Source of the DNA: a virus
DNA length: 64,000 nt
IMG/VR virus record: IMGVR_UViG_3300036860_000542
Span: 18,418-82,417 of that record
Reading direction: 5' to 3' (one strand)
The notes beneath the pieces are model-generated. The model made no database searches, was not told the origin of the DNA, and saw nothing but the letters and a program-made list of their open reading frames with translations. Both the position numbers and the translations under genes were made by a program. Below, one piece after another: positions 55,253-64,000 of this stretch (its first letter is position 1; each line of letters begins with the position of its first letter).

Positions 55253-57262
55253 ATGACGGCGGTGTACCGGACAGACTACGCGCAGATCTGGGCGAATGGG
55301 TGGAACTGGATCGATATCCACACCATTATCGTCCCGCCACCGGCGCCCGGTTCCTATGACGCAGCACCATTCATCAACTCCGCCTTGATCGCGCTGAATC
55401 AGAACGGCGGTGGCGAGGTTCAGCTTCTGGAAGAGGACTACGAAATCTTCACCCCGATCAACATGCAGAGCAACACCACGTTGATCGGGAAGGCAGGCCG
55501 ACCCCCTCGCATCGTTGTGAAGGGAACCTGGGACGGGGTGGACACGCCCACGAACGCCCTGATCAAAGGCCAGGGAACTTTGTCCGAGTCTCCGATCGCG
55601 GTCACTCAGGACAAGAACATCGGCGTGTTCACCTTGCGCGTCGCAAGTACGGCCACGCTTCGAGCAGGGGACTACGTTCTCGCCAAGTCCCCAGCCGTGG
55701 CCGGGTCTCCAATCATCCGCTACGAGATCTTGAAGATCGCTACCATCGTCAATGGGACTGATTTCACCACCATTTTCCCAACGTTCCTGTCCTACTCCGC
55801 GGCAGCATCCCCTACGGTGCAGAAGATCACACCCCTCACTCGGGTTGGGGTGTACGCCATCGACATCGACGCCAGCCAGGTCCCGAACCTAGCCGTTGGA
55901 ATCCTGATGCGCAACGTGATCGACCTGGAGATCGAGGCCATCAGTGGCTACTACATGAGCCGAGCGATGATCGACATCGATCAGGGGAGCTCCAACATCG
56001 ACGTCTACAATGTGACCGGGAAGGGTTCAAACAACGGTCTCGTCTTCATCGACAGCGCGCACGACGGCTCGATGCACGACATCGAGAACCTGCACCTCGC
56101 GGACGGCAGGCTTCATCCGCTTGGCATTCAACGCGGTCTCATCCACTTCAGGAACCAGCCGACAGGATGGGACGTCTACGACGTGGACCTCATGCATGCC
56201 GGCATCGCTCTGAACGTTTGGGGCGGGTACGACTGCGACTTCAGCGACATCCAGATCCGCGACATGGACAGCTCGGGCACCAACGGGGCCTGGGACCGCA
56301 TGCTCAATGCTTCACCTGCCGAAGGCACCGGATTCGGTGGCGGTACCGGCGTTAGCATCCTTTGCACGACGTCCCCGCTCACCGAGCACACCTATGATCT
56401 CTCGTTCGGTGGCGTCAAGATCGTCAACTGTCGGACGAACACGAACGGGTTCCATTGGTACTGTGCCGACGTCCACAACATCAAGGTGGTAGACCTTGCC
56501 GTCCTGAACTACACCGGGGTGAACCCAGGCAGCTACGGTGCGGTGGCCTTCGCCGACGTCTTCGGCGGTCTCGTGGAGAACCTCCAGGTACAGGGTATCG
56601 CTCGTGGTGTGGTGTTCCTGAACAACGGCTTCATCAGCGGAAGCCTCAACACCTACGTCTACGACCCGACCTTCTCCGACGGCCTCCTCTACGTCGCGAT
56701 CCAGTGGGACAACTCGGTCGCCAGTGGCGTGAAGATCCACGAGCTGCGCGGAAGCAACCTCACCGCCGGTAGTGAGCAGCGCATGCGCTTCGGCGCCGCG
56801 TTCCCAGGCGAGCCGAACGTTACCCTCGACGACTTCAACTGGGAGCCGGGCTGGTCCGGCGTGGCACTGATCGCTAGGAACCCGGACAACGGTACGACGT
56901 TCGCCATCGGAGACATCGTCGAGATCTACGGCGACACGAGCGGCAACCGTCTCATCCGCCAGGCGTCTAACGCTGGAAACGAATTCGGAGTCGTCGTCCA
57001 GAACTGCGCGGCGGGAAACGATCCAGACACCCACGGGTACACCACCATCCTCTACGTCCGCACCATGGACAGGTGCAACATGGTGAGGGTCACCGACAAT
57101 GGAAACGCCGTCAACATGGGAGACCGCCTCAAGTGGGACTCTGGCAACCCGCGAGCTCTGATCGTGGACAACACCGGCCAGACAAACTTCTCTATCATCG
57201 CCCGCGCCGACTCCTACCGGGCCACTCCGAGTAGCGCGCTGATGACCGTAGTCGGCGTCTGA
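55253..57262 (+). CDS. Right-handed beta-helix (pectate-lyase-like) spike/depolymerase
   Basis: DAAPFINSAL..GGGEVQL..Y..INM.SNTTLIG N-terminal motif; repeated beta-helix rungs. Confidence 0.75.
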   Translation: MTAVYRTDYAQIWANGWNWIDIHTIIVPPPAPGSYDAAPFINSALIALNQNGGGEVQLLEEDYEIFTPINMQSNTTLIGKAGRPPRIVVKGTWDGVDTPTNALIKGQGTLSESPIAVTQDKNIGVFTLRVASTATLRAGDYVLAKSPAVAGSPIIRYEILKIATIVNGTDFTTIFPTFLSYSAAASPTVQKITPLTRVGVYAIDIDASQVPNLAVGILMRNVIDLEIEAISGYYMSRAMIDIDQGSSNIDVYNVTGKGSNNGLVFIDSAHDGSMHDIENLHLADGRLHPLGIQRGLIHFRNQPTGWDVYDVDLMHAGIALNVWGGYDCDFSDIQIRDMDSSGTNGAWDRMLNASPAEGTGFGGGTGVSILCTTSPLTEHTYDLSFGGVKIVNCRTNTNGFHWYCADVHNIKVVDLAVLNYTGVNPGSYGAVAFADVFGGLVENLQVQGIARGVVFLNNGFISGSLNTYVYDPTFSDGLLYVAIQWDNSVASGVKIHELRGSNLTAGSEQRMRFGAAFPGEPNVTLDDFNWEPGWSGVALIARNPDNGTTFAIGDIVEIYGDTSGNRLIRQASNAGNEFGVVVQNCAAGNDPDTHGYTTILYVRTMDRCNMVRVTDNGNAVNMGDRLKWDSGNPRALIVDNTGQTNFSIIARADSYRATPSSALMTVVGV

Positions 57263-57307
57263 AAAGGAACTTGCATGCGTCGTAGACGTCGCCGTAGACT
57301 TGTGTAC

Positions 57308-57643
57308 ATGCGCTATATCAAGGTTCCCGAGCCGCTTCAGCTCAAGTCGCCCCAGGGTGAGACGATCGAAGCACCCTTCCCAAAGTTCCTGAGAGAGATG
57401 TTGCTCGACCCCCAGTTCGCCAAGAACTACAAGACGCTCAAGATCGCCGCTGCCATCGACAAGGCTCTCGACAAGGCCAACGGGGTGGTGGCACTCGAGA
57501 ACGAGCACTGGCAGCTCTTGAAGAAGGTGATCGAGGAGCCGACCGGCGGGTACATGGGCGGCGTCGGCCCGCAGATCTTGCCATTCCTGTCGGTGGTCAT
57601 CGAAGCAACGGACGAGGAACTAGAGGTCGAGTCGCCCGCCTAG
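57308..57643 (+). CDS. Hypothetical protein (possible fibre chaperone)
   Basis: Follows the spike gene; VALENEHWQLLKKVIE pattern. Confidence 0.5.
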   Translation: MRYIKVPEPLQLKSPQGETIEAPFPKFLREMLLDPQFAKNYKTLKIAAAIDKALDKANGVVALENEHWQLLKKVIEEPTGGYMGGVGPQILPFLSVVIEATDEELEVESPA

Positions 57644-58030
57644 GGATGCTTCTTCCGCATCACAGCCAACCAGATCGCACCCACCTGTGCACTGTTCCCA
57701 ATATCCGGGTACGACTCATTAGCACCTGCTAGGAACATCAGTTCCCAGTCGGTGTCGAGGTAAGGTTGGAGGGCTTCCTCTTCGCGGAACTTGAGGACCT
57801 TGTACGTGTAGGTCTGAACTGGAGGCGCCATCTAGCTAGCTGCTTCCTTGCGAGGTGCAATGCCGAGGATGTAGTGGGCGGGGTCCTCGCAGGCGATGAA
57901 GTTCGGGCACTGTGGGGTCTCGTGGATCATGACGACGTTCTCCTGGTCGTTCTCTTTCATGATCCCAACCGCTCCTTCCCTCCCGCACCAGGGGCAGGAG
58001 AACTCCTCGAGCTCGTGAATGATGATGTCG

Positions 58031-58612
58031 TTAGCCATCCAGCCAGACTCCATGCGGGCGGTAGATCGCCGCGATTGCGGTTACGGGAAAGGTGCTGATG
58101 ACGACGCCCTCGACCCAAGAACCGTCTGGCCAACGGCCATGACCGTTGCCGTGGACGCAGGTGACGAAGGAGCGATCTTGAGCCCAGGCAAGCGCCATCG
58201 TGATGTGGTTGCCGAATTTGAGTGGTCGTGAGGCGCTCTTCACGATCACGACGTCACCACCGACAGAGCCGCCGACCTTGACCTGGAAGGCCGGATCGCG
58301 CTGCGCGGCACGCATGAGGCGGTAGGTGGACGCGAACGGGTCGCCGGGGACGTCCGGTCCGGAAAATTTCTTGGCGCGAGCTGGTGTCATGCCAGCCTGC
58401 AACCAGCACCAGGCGGCGAAGGCACCACACCAGGCGAACGTGGTGTTGCCCTTGTACTCCTTCAGCGCCCAGCCGAGACCTTCGTTGATGTACTGGCAGA
58501 TGACATGCTTGCTTTGGGCAGCGGTTGGACTCGTGTCGGTATTCGCTGGATCGTAAGTCTGGCGAAACCATTCCGTCACCGCTGCATCGAGTGCGATCTC
58601 GCCGGGCGTCAC
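58031..58612 (-). CDS. CHAP/NlpC-P60-like cell-wall hydrolase (endolysin candidate)
   Basis: AWCGAFAAW (Cys), GDVVI, NHITM (His), HGN, IYRP. Confidence 0.7.
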   Translation of the reverse strand: MTPGEIALDAAVTEWFRQTYDPANTDTSPTAAQSKHVICQYINEGLGWALKEYKGNTTFAWCGAFAAWCWLQAGMTPARAKKFSGPDVPGDPFASTYRLMRAAQRDPAFQVKVGGSVGGDVVIVKSASRPLKFGNHITMALAWAQDRSFVTCVHGNGHGRWPDGSWVEGVVISTFPVTAIAAIYRPHGVWLDG

Positions 58613-58785
58613 GCGGCCACCTGCGGAGGCGCCGCCACCGCGACACCACAATAGCGGCACGATCCATCTCGCCTCAGCGCGGCACCCTTCCCGCAGTTCT
58701 TGCAGGTGCGTGAGGACGCCGACGCCTTGCAGGCCGCCTTCTGGTTGAGCTTGCGCTCACGATTCCATGACATGGACACACCCCC

Positions 58786-59154
58786 TTACACGTTGACGTA
58801 GTACGAGATGAAGAGATCAATGACGATGGGTCGGATCGATTCGTTCACCACCCAGGTCGGCTTTCGCACGGGCAAGATCACGCTGTGGAAGAGCTGATCC
58901 GAGACACCTGCCTGGTAACGCTGCCACTCGGCGCGCAGGATGTCGATGGGCGCTGAGAACAAGTCCCGTTCGCCCATGTGAAGCCGCACCTCACCCGGCG
59001 CGCCGCTCGGTTTCCAGTCGGGTGGCGGCACCACGATCAGGTTGGTGATCTTGACCGGGTTCTCCCCGCCAAACGGCGCCTTCTGAAGAAGGTTGTAGTG
59101 CTGGCCTGGCTCGACCAGGATTCGAACCACGTCATGCCGTCGCTCGCGCATCAT
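58786..59154 (-). CDS. Hypothetical beta-rich protein
   Basis: GGAGG RBS. Confidence 0.5.
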   Translation of the reverse strand: MMRERRHDVVRILVEPGQHYNLLQKAPFGGENPVKITNLIVVPPPDWKPSGAPGEVRLHMGERDLFSAPIDILRAEWQRYQAGVSDQLFHSVILPVRKPTWVVNESIRPIVIDLFISYYVNV

Positions 59155-59254
59155 TCCCACCTCCCCTTGGTGATAAGCCACACGATGAACACGGTGAGGC
59201 CGATCATCCCACCACACAGTGCTCCAAGGCCGAACACCAACAGTTGCTCCGTGT

Positions 59255-59548
59255 TCATCGTGCCGACCGCTTTCCGTTCTTCGCTTCAGCCGCCTTGATC
59301 CAAGCGTCCGCCTTCTCGAGCAGTGCCAGGAGGTCGCTGGTGTAGCGCTTGTCGAACCAGTGCGAGCGGCGCGCCTCCCCGTCCTTCTCGTACTCCTTCA
59401 CGAACGAGTACGAGTAGCTTGGGGCGCCGTTGAACATCCGCGAGGTGATGGTACAGACGATCTGTCCCTCACGAAGCGTGGCGACCACTTCGTGCTGGCT
59501 GCGCTGTGCGGCGAGTTCCTTGGACCAAACACTCTTCTCTTGGCTCAT
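59255..59548 (-). CDS. Hypothetical protein (possible ssDNA-binding-like)
   Basis: YSYSFVKEYEKDG..SHWF..DL..L.KA.AWI. Confidence 0.45.
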   Translation of the reverse strand: MSQEKSVWSKELAAQRSQHEVVATLREGQIVCTITSRMFNGAPSYSYSFVKEYEKDGEARRSHWFDKRYTSDLLALLEKADAWIKAAEAKNGKRSAR

Positions 59549-59790
59549 CAGATGCTCCGAATTCCTCGACTCGTTGTACGGAAGTAGGTCCACCCGCCAT
59601 CGCCACGGCGTTTGACGCCGAAGTCTTCGCCCGGGGGCGGTCCGTAGCGGGCGACGAAGGATCGCATCGCGTTCTTGGCGCTGCCACGCGCCGCGATCGT
59701 GCGCATGGTGCCGTCGATGACACGTTGAACCAGCCAGAGCTCTTCAGCAGGAGGCATCAGATGAAAACGTACTTGAGCTGTACATGGAGG

Positions 59791-60063
59791 TCAAGTTGAT
59801 GCTCGGAGACGTTTCATCGGCTGCCAGTCCTCGAGCACGATATTCTCGTGGAAGTCGCACCCGGGTTCAAAGCACTGCACGGAAGGGGTGACGGTGCCAT
59901 CGTCCGCGATCTCGTGCGCCTCAACTTGCTGCACGGTTGCGGTCCGCAAGACCGCACGGTGGCCGCGGGCGCAGATCAGGATCACCCCACCGTGCCACTC
60001 GAACCACGCGGCGGAGTGCCCTCGGTCGGCACCGGCGCTGGTGGTCCGTTTGACACGGATCAA
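59791..60063 (-). CDS. DUF6527-like Cys/His protein
   Basis: LIC..GH..HEI..DGTVTPSVQC..CDFHE.I.L..W. Confidence 0.55.
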   Translation of the reverse strand: MIRVKRTTSAGADRGHSAAWFEWHGGVILICARGHRAVLRTATVQQVEAHEIADDGTVTPSVQCFEPGCDFHENIVLEDWQPMKRLRAST

Positions 60064-60263
60064 GGAGTGGACCCTGGCGCGAGAAGACCGCGCTGCTTCA
60101 GAAGCTGCTCTTGAAGGCGTCGGCGCTGTTCCTGCGCCTCGTGCCACTTCTTCCAGAGCTCGCGCTCCTCCAGGTAGGCGTCGGCGAGCGCTTCGGACAG
60201 CAAGGACTCCACGGACATGAACTACATGCTACCACAACGAGCCTTGACGGGAAGTGGGTACTA

Positions 60264-60496
60264 GGAGAGCCTTGATAGCGGAGGTCCCTTGGGGCCTGGA
60301 TCGCCGTTCACCCCCCTGGCGGCTGATCCGGCTCCTTGGGGCCTCCTTCACGTGCGGGTGGCCAGCCCGCGGGGTCTCCGAAGAGCGCTTGGCCGTTTTC
60401 CTCTGAGGGCTAGAAGCTGTAGGCGCCTGGTAACCAGGCCACCAAACTCAAAGTTGCGCATCTGCGCGACGGGCCCCGGGTGTTCACTACCCGGGT
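60264..60496 (+). ncRNA. Candidate structured ncRNA
   Basis: Long multi-segment hairpin 60280-60346 plus several adjacent hairpins in a gene-free interval; strand uncertain. Confidence 0.35.
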
Positions 60497-60769
60497 GACA
60501 AAATCCAATGTACATACGAGGAACTTGGAGAGCAAGAGAGAAAACAACTTGACGTGCGCTTCGTCACTTCGTACCTTGCAACGTAACGGGGCACGAGTTC
60601 CCCCTCAGCGCCCCGCTCCGATCCCCCAATCGGTCCTCCGCTACCGCCACCTCCTAGGAACCCCGACCTAGGAGGTGGCCACGACTTTTTCCCCGAGGGA
60701 TTTTTCGCCATCGACGACATAGAAACCGCTGAGCGGGTGCCTAGAACCTTCCCCCGGAGGAGGTTCCCA

Positions 60770-60934
60770 ATGATCATCATGTGGTTGGCAGTGCTCTGCG
60801 CCGTCGTCGGCACCCTCATGTTCGCCCTCGCGACGAACCCAACGCTGAAGAAGATCGGAGAGATCATGCTCTTCTGGGGCATCGGCGTGACCCTCCTGGT
60901 AGCTGGAGGGAAGACGGTCGTCCATCTGCCTTGA
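60770..60934 (+). CDS. Small two-TM membrane protein
   Basis: GGAGGAGG RBS; two hydrophobic helices. Confidence 0.65.
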   Translation: MIIMWLAVLCAVVGTLMFALATNPTLKKIGEIMLFWGIGVTLLVAGGKTVVHLP

Positions 60935-60941
60935 GGCGAGC

Positions 60942-61004
60942 TGCGGTCCTGTACAGGATTGCGGTCCTGTACAGGATTGCGGTCCTTGGTCCTGTGCAGG
61001 ACCA
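60942..61004. repeat. 18-bp tandem repeat (about 2.5 copies) containing the palindrome TCCTGTACAGGA, plus a variant
   Basis: TGCGGTCCTGTACAGGAT x2, a partial copy, then TGGTCCTGTGCAGGACCA. Confidence 0.85.
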
Positions 61005-61138
61005 GCCCTAGGATGCCCCTGAGGCTGCGTGGGCTGCCCGGAGACGGGCGATAGTAGGGTCGGGCGGGCGAGGGAAGGCTTCGGCCTACAGGGGCTCCTA
61101 TGCGAGCTCGCTGGTGAGATTGTATGGCCGACTACAAA

Positions 61139-61257
61139 GGGGGGGACAGGAGGGACAAAAAGGGTTTCTCATACTCTCTCTCTATAATATGTGAATAAAA
61201 GTTAACACTCTACATGGGGGAGTATGAGAAGGCCTGTTTTGTCCCTCCGAGCCCCCC
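61139..61257. other. Candidate replication origin
   Basis: Long imperfect inverted repeat (GGAGGGACAAAA..TTCTCATACTC / GAGTATGAGAA..TTTTGTCCCTCC) around an AT-rich core, directly downstream of the helicase gene. Confidence 0.55.
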
Positions 61258-61276
61258 GAAGCGTAGGCGGCCCTAC

Positions 61277-62926
61277 TCAATCGTCTTCTAACATGTCGAA
61301 AGAATAGAAGGGGGGGTCTTTCACTCTGCCACTCGGATTCCCCTGGACCTGTAGGAGAATGCCCTTGCTCTCTAGCTTGATTCTAGCCTCGTTCTTGAGC
61401 CACTTCCCGAAGGTGTTGGCCGTCTTGAAGACCTTGGTGAAGGGCGTCTCCATGTTCAAGGCCCCGGTCCCGGACAACTCCTTCAGCTCCTCCCACAACG
61501 TGGTGACGCTTAGCTGTCGTCCACGGTTGGTCCTCTTCTCCATCCACTTGTAGACCATGTCCACGCCGGGGTCCTCCTCAGCGCTGAACTGGACCTGTTC
61601 GGCGATCGCCATCTTCAGCTCCTCCTCGGCGCCGTCGAGTCCCATCGCCCGGAGGTACGTCTGGAAGATGCGCTCGAAGCCGGGGAGGCGCGAGGCGGGG
61701 TTGGTGACGCGGATGTTGGGGAGCGCGGCCACCATGTTGCTCAGGATGTACACCCACTCTCCGAGCAGCTTCTTCCGATCTCGTTGGACCTCACGGACCA
61801 TCTCGCTTGGATCACGGATCGCTGCTTGGGTCTGCGGCGCCAGCTTGATGAAGCGTGTGCGCTGCGTGAGATCGAAGCGACGGAAGCTCTTCGGATCGGC
61901 GGAGCTCACCGCGATGAAGCAGTTCGGCTTGACGATATGGAGCGCGTCGTTCTCGTTGTGCTTGCGCTTCGCAAACCCGGCGCCGGTCGCGTACGCCGCC
62001 AACTTGTCGGGCAGCCAGTCGATGAACCGATCGGCGTTGTCGATATGGAAGATCGGGACGGAGTGGAGAGCCTGCGACGGGAAGCTGTCCTCTCCTTTGT
62101 CGGAGAGGATCTTCGCCTGCGGGTAGCCGGTGAACAGCGTGCAGATGCGACTCAGCGCCAACGTCTTGCCCGAGTTCGGCGGCCCGTCCACAAGGAGGAG
62201 CGGCCGACCGTCTGTCATGAGCTCAGCGAAGGCGATGCCGCAGATCCAAGCTGCGAAGACGTGCTTCATGACGGTGGCTGAAACCTTCCCGTCCGTGGCG
62301 TAGGAGAGATCGTCGATCAGCATCGGGTGCAGCATGTTGTGAGGCCCAATGTCGATGTCCGAGAGGGAAACAGGCACCTCTCGAGTGTCCTGCGTGCGGT
62401 TCACGTGGAAGTAGACGTCGTCTTGGCCGTTCATGACGAGCTGTGGGGGACCGTCGCCGGTGATGCGCCACACCATGCCGTCGTTGGCGTTGATGTACAG
62501 ACGGTTGTTGGCGACGTCGTAGTGGGAGAACTTGTGGAGGCGGACGGGACGGAGGTTGTAGTGGCGCACGCGGTCGGCGATGAACTGCGTCACGAAGTGT
62601 GTGAGCTTGTCGCCCTTGATGAGACCGTACCGGGTGCTGAGCCAAGCGGTGAAGTACGGATCCTTGAGGTCGATCATCAGCGCGTCGCGGCCGACGCCAT
62701 CGAGGATGTACGGTTCTCCCTCGACGCTGAAAGGTCTCGATCCGAACTCACGTTGTTCGTGGTCCCAGATCGCCCGTCCGATGACTTCGTAGTCCGTCGG
62801 GGGCGGGGCTCCTTGGTCTCGAGCCTCCTGCTGAGCCGCCTTCACGCCCCGTTTGGCGCGGTCCGCGACGCGACGTCCACTGTTGGCTGCTTCTGTTAGA
62901 CGACGGAGACGTTCTTCCGGCGTCAC
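61277..62926 (-). CDS. P-loop NTPase, primase-associated replicative helicase-like
   Basis: Walker A GPPNSGKT, Walker B IFHIDN, ATG..RK, DLTQR, RLPGF; C-terminal winged-helix-like region. Confidence 0.75.
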   Translation of the reverse strand: MTPEERLRRLTEAANSGRRVADRAKRGVKAAQQEARDQGAPPPTDYEVIGRAIWDHEQREFGSRPFSVEGEPYILDGVGRDALMIDLKDPYFTAWLSTRYGLIKGDKLTHFVTQFIADRVRHYNLRPVRLHKFSHYDVANNRLYINANDGMVWRITGDGPPQLVMNGQDDVYFHVNRTQDTREVPVSLSDIDIGPHNMLHPMLIDDLSYATDGKVSATVMKHVFAAWICGIAFAELMTDGRPLLLVDGPPNSGKTLALSRICTLFTGYPQAKILSDKGEDSFPSQALHSVPIFHIDNADRFIDWLPDKLAAYATGAGFAKRKHNENDALHIVKPNCFIAVSSADPKSFRRFDLTQRTRFIKLAPQTQAAIRDPSEMVREVQRDRKKLLGEWVYILSNMVAALPNIRVTNPASRLPGFERIFQTYLRAMGLDGAEEELKMAIAEQVQFSAEEDPGVDMVYKWMEKRTNRGRQLSVTTLWEELKELSGTGALNMETPFTKVFKTANTFGKWLKNEARIKLESKGILLQVQGNPSGRVKDPPFYSFDMLEDD

Positions 62927-63191
62927 GACTGGTTCCCCAAACGATCATTCACGAGGTCCCCTCTGAAGATCTTCCCGGGCTGTGATCAGCCGGTTCCGCT
63001 TCCGGCTCAAAGGCGCCTACCCCCAGATCCGACAGGCGCAAGGATCGGTTCTACGCCCAACCCCCCGATCCTGTCAAGGCGAAGTGAAAAGTGACCGTAG
63101 TGGCGCCCATGTACAAAGGGCCGACGATTTTTCCTTGACGCCTTGATGTACATGAAGCAAGGTGGAACCTTCAACACAGAGGGGACCAAAA

Positions 63192-64000
63192 ATGGGGATC
63201 GAGCCGAGCACTCGGGGGAGTGCCGGGAAAACGGTGGTCGCGGTAGCCGCGTGCAATTGGGTGCGGAAGGCCGACCGCCAGGGGAAGTGGGACGACTGGT
63301 ACGCCTGTCCGCTGGACCTGGCTGTACAGCTCAAGGATGTACCTGGGGTACGGATGCTCAGGGGCGGCACGCCCATCGTCCATAGGTCCCATCTGCCGTT
63401 GATCGCGGCTCTCGCCCCAGACCTCAAGGTGGATGAGTACGACCCCGGTTCCCGTCGGGGAACCGTGACCTGGCCCTGGCCGATCTTCCGAGACCACTCG
63501 GCCATCAGCCTGCCGGCCCGGACAGTGGAGCGTTGCTCCGCCGTCGGCCTCGAACCCCGAGCGTACCAGTACCTGGGCGCCGGCTTTCTCCGAAGCAGAT
63601 CCGGCGCTCTAATCGCGGACCAGATGCGCCTGGGCAAGACCCTCCAGGTCGCCATGAGCTACGACCCGTCCGAAGGCCCGCTCGTAGTCGTCGGGCCGCT
63701 CAACGTCCGGCCGGTCTGGACGCGGCTGTTCCGTCTGCTCTGGCCCGAGATCGATCCCGTCATCCTGGACGGTCGGGTCTACGACAAGGAGCGCATCGAG
63801 AGCGCTCAGCTCGTCTACGTCCACTACGATGTCCTCTCCGCCTGGCAGTCGTTCGGCTGGAAGAAGATCGGACTCCTCGTCCTGGACGAGGCCCACGTTC
63901 TCGCTACGACGTCCCGGTCACTGCGCACTCAGGCCACCTCGCTCCTATCCCTCCTGGCGAGGCGCTGTGTGGCAGTGACCGGGACGCCCCTTTGGAACAA
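63192..64000 (+). CDS. SNF2-family helicase (3'-truncated by the window)
   Basis: RAYQ, LIADQMRLGKT, VVVGP, LVLDEAH, VTGTP; frame open to the window end, so absent from the ORF track. Confidence 0.9.
   Translation, partial: MGIEPSTRGSAGKTVVAVAACNWVRKADRQGKWDDWYACPLDLAVQLKDVPGVRMLRGGTPIVHRSHLPLIAALAPDLKVDEYDPGSRRGTVTWPWPIFRDHSAISLPARTVERCSAVGLEPRAYQYLGAGFLRSRSGALIADQMRLGKTLQVAMSYDPSEGPLVVVGPLNVRPVWTRLFRLLWPEIDPVILDGRVYDKERIESAQLVYVHYDVLSAWQSFGWKKIGLLVLDEAHVLATTSRSLRTQATSLLSLLARRCVAVTGTPLWN

Noticed and set aside
60942-61004. CRISPR-like repeat
   Set aside because: The repeats are contiguous with no spacers, and no cas genes are present.
61277-62926. Genome-packaging ATPase or terminase
   Set aside because: Motif layout and position beside an origin-like element and SNF2 fit a replicative helicase-like protein; no nuclease domain or FtsK/HerA features were recognised.

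Overview
High-GC, gene-dense segment that reads as part of a large prokaryotic dsDNA virus. No terminase, portal, HK97 capsid, tail tube/sheath or tape-measure gene is recognisable. Layout: (1) 1.3-17 kb glycan module with several glycosyltransferases, two SAM methyltransferases, an RfbB-like dehydratase and gmd+fcl, interrupted by a tyrosine recombinase and small phage-type ORFs. (2) 17-33 kb minus-strand virion module with two adjacent ~200-aa beta-rich putative single-jelly-roll capsid proteins, an extremely Arg-rich core protein punctuated by NP motifs, about ten small proteins ending in a TM helix plus basic tail (most sharing a G-[LM]-G motif), a transglutaminase-like Cys enzyme and a dual-specificity phosphatase. 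(3) ~1 kb non-coding divergence point. (4) 34-48 kb plus-strand early/accessory genes (DUF932-like, GHKL ATPase-HExxH, DGQHR, ParB, J-domain). (5) 48-57 kb entry/spike module (transglycosylase, M23, three paralogous spike proteins, SGNH, beta-helix). (6) Candidate origin, P-loop helicase and a truncated SNF2 helicase. Best inference: an unusually large tailless, internal-membrane virus, possibly with a plasmid-like prophage state and a myxobacterium-like host. All family calls come from motifs read by eye; no database searches were run.
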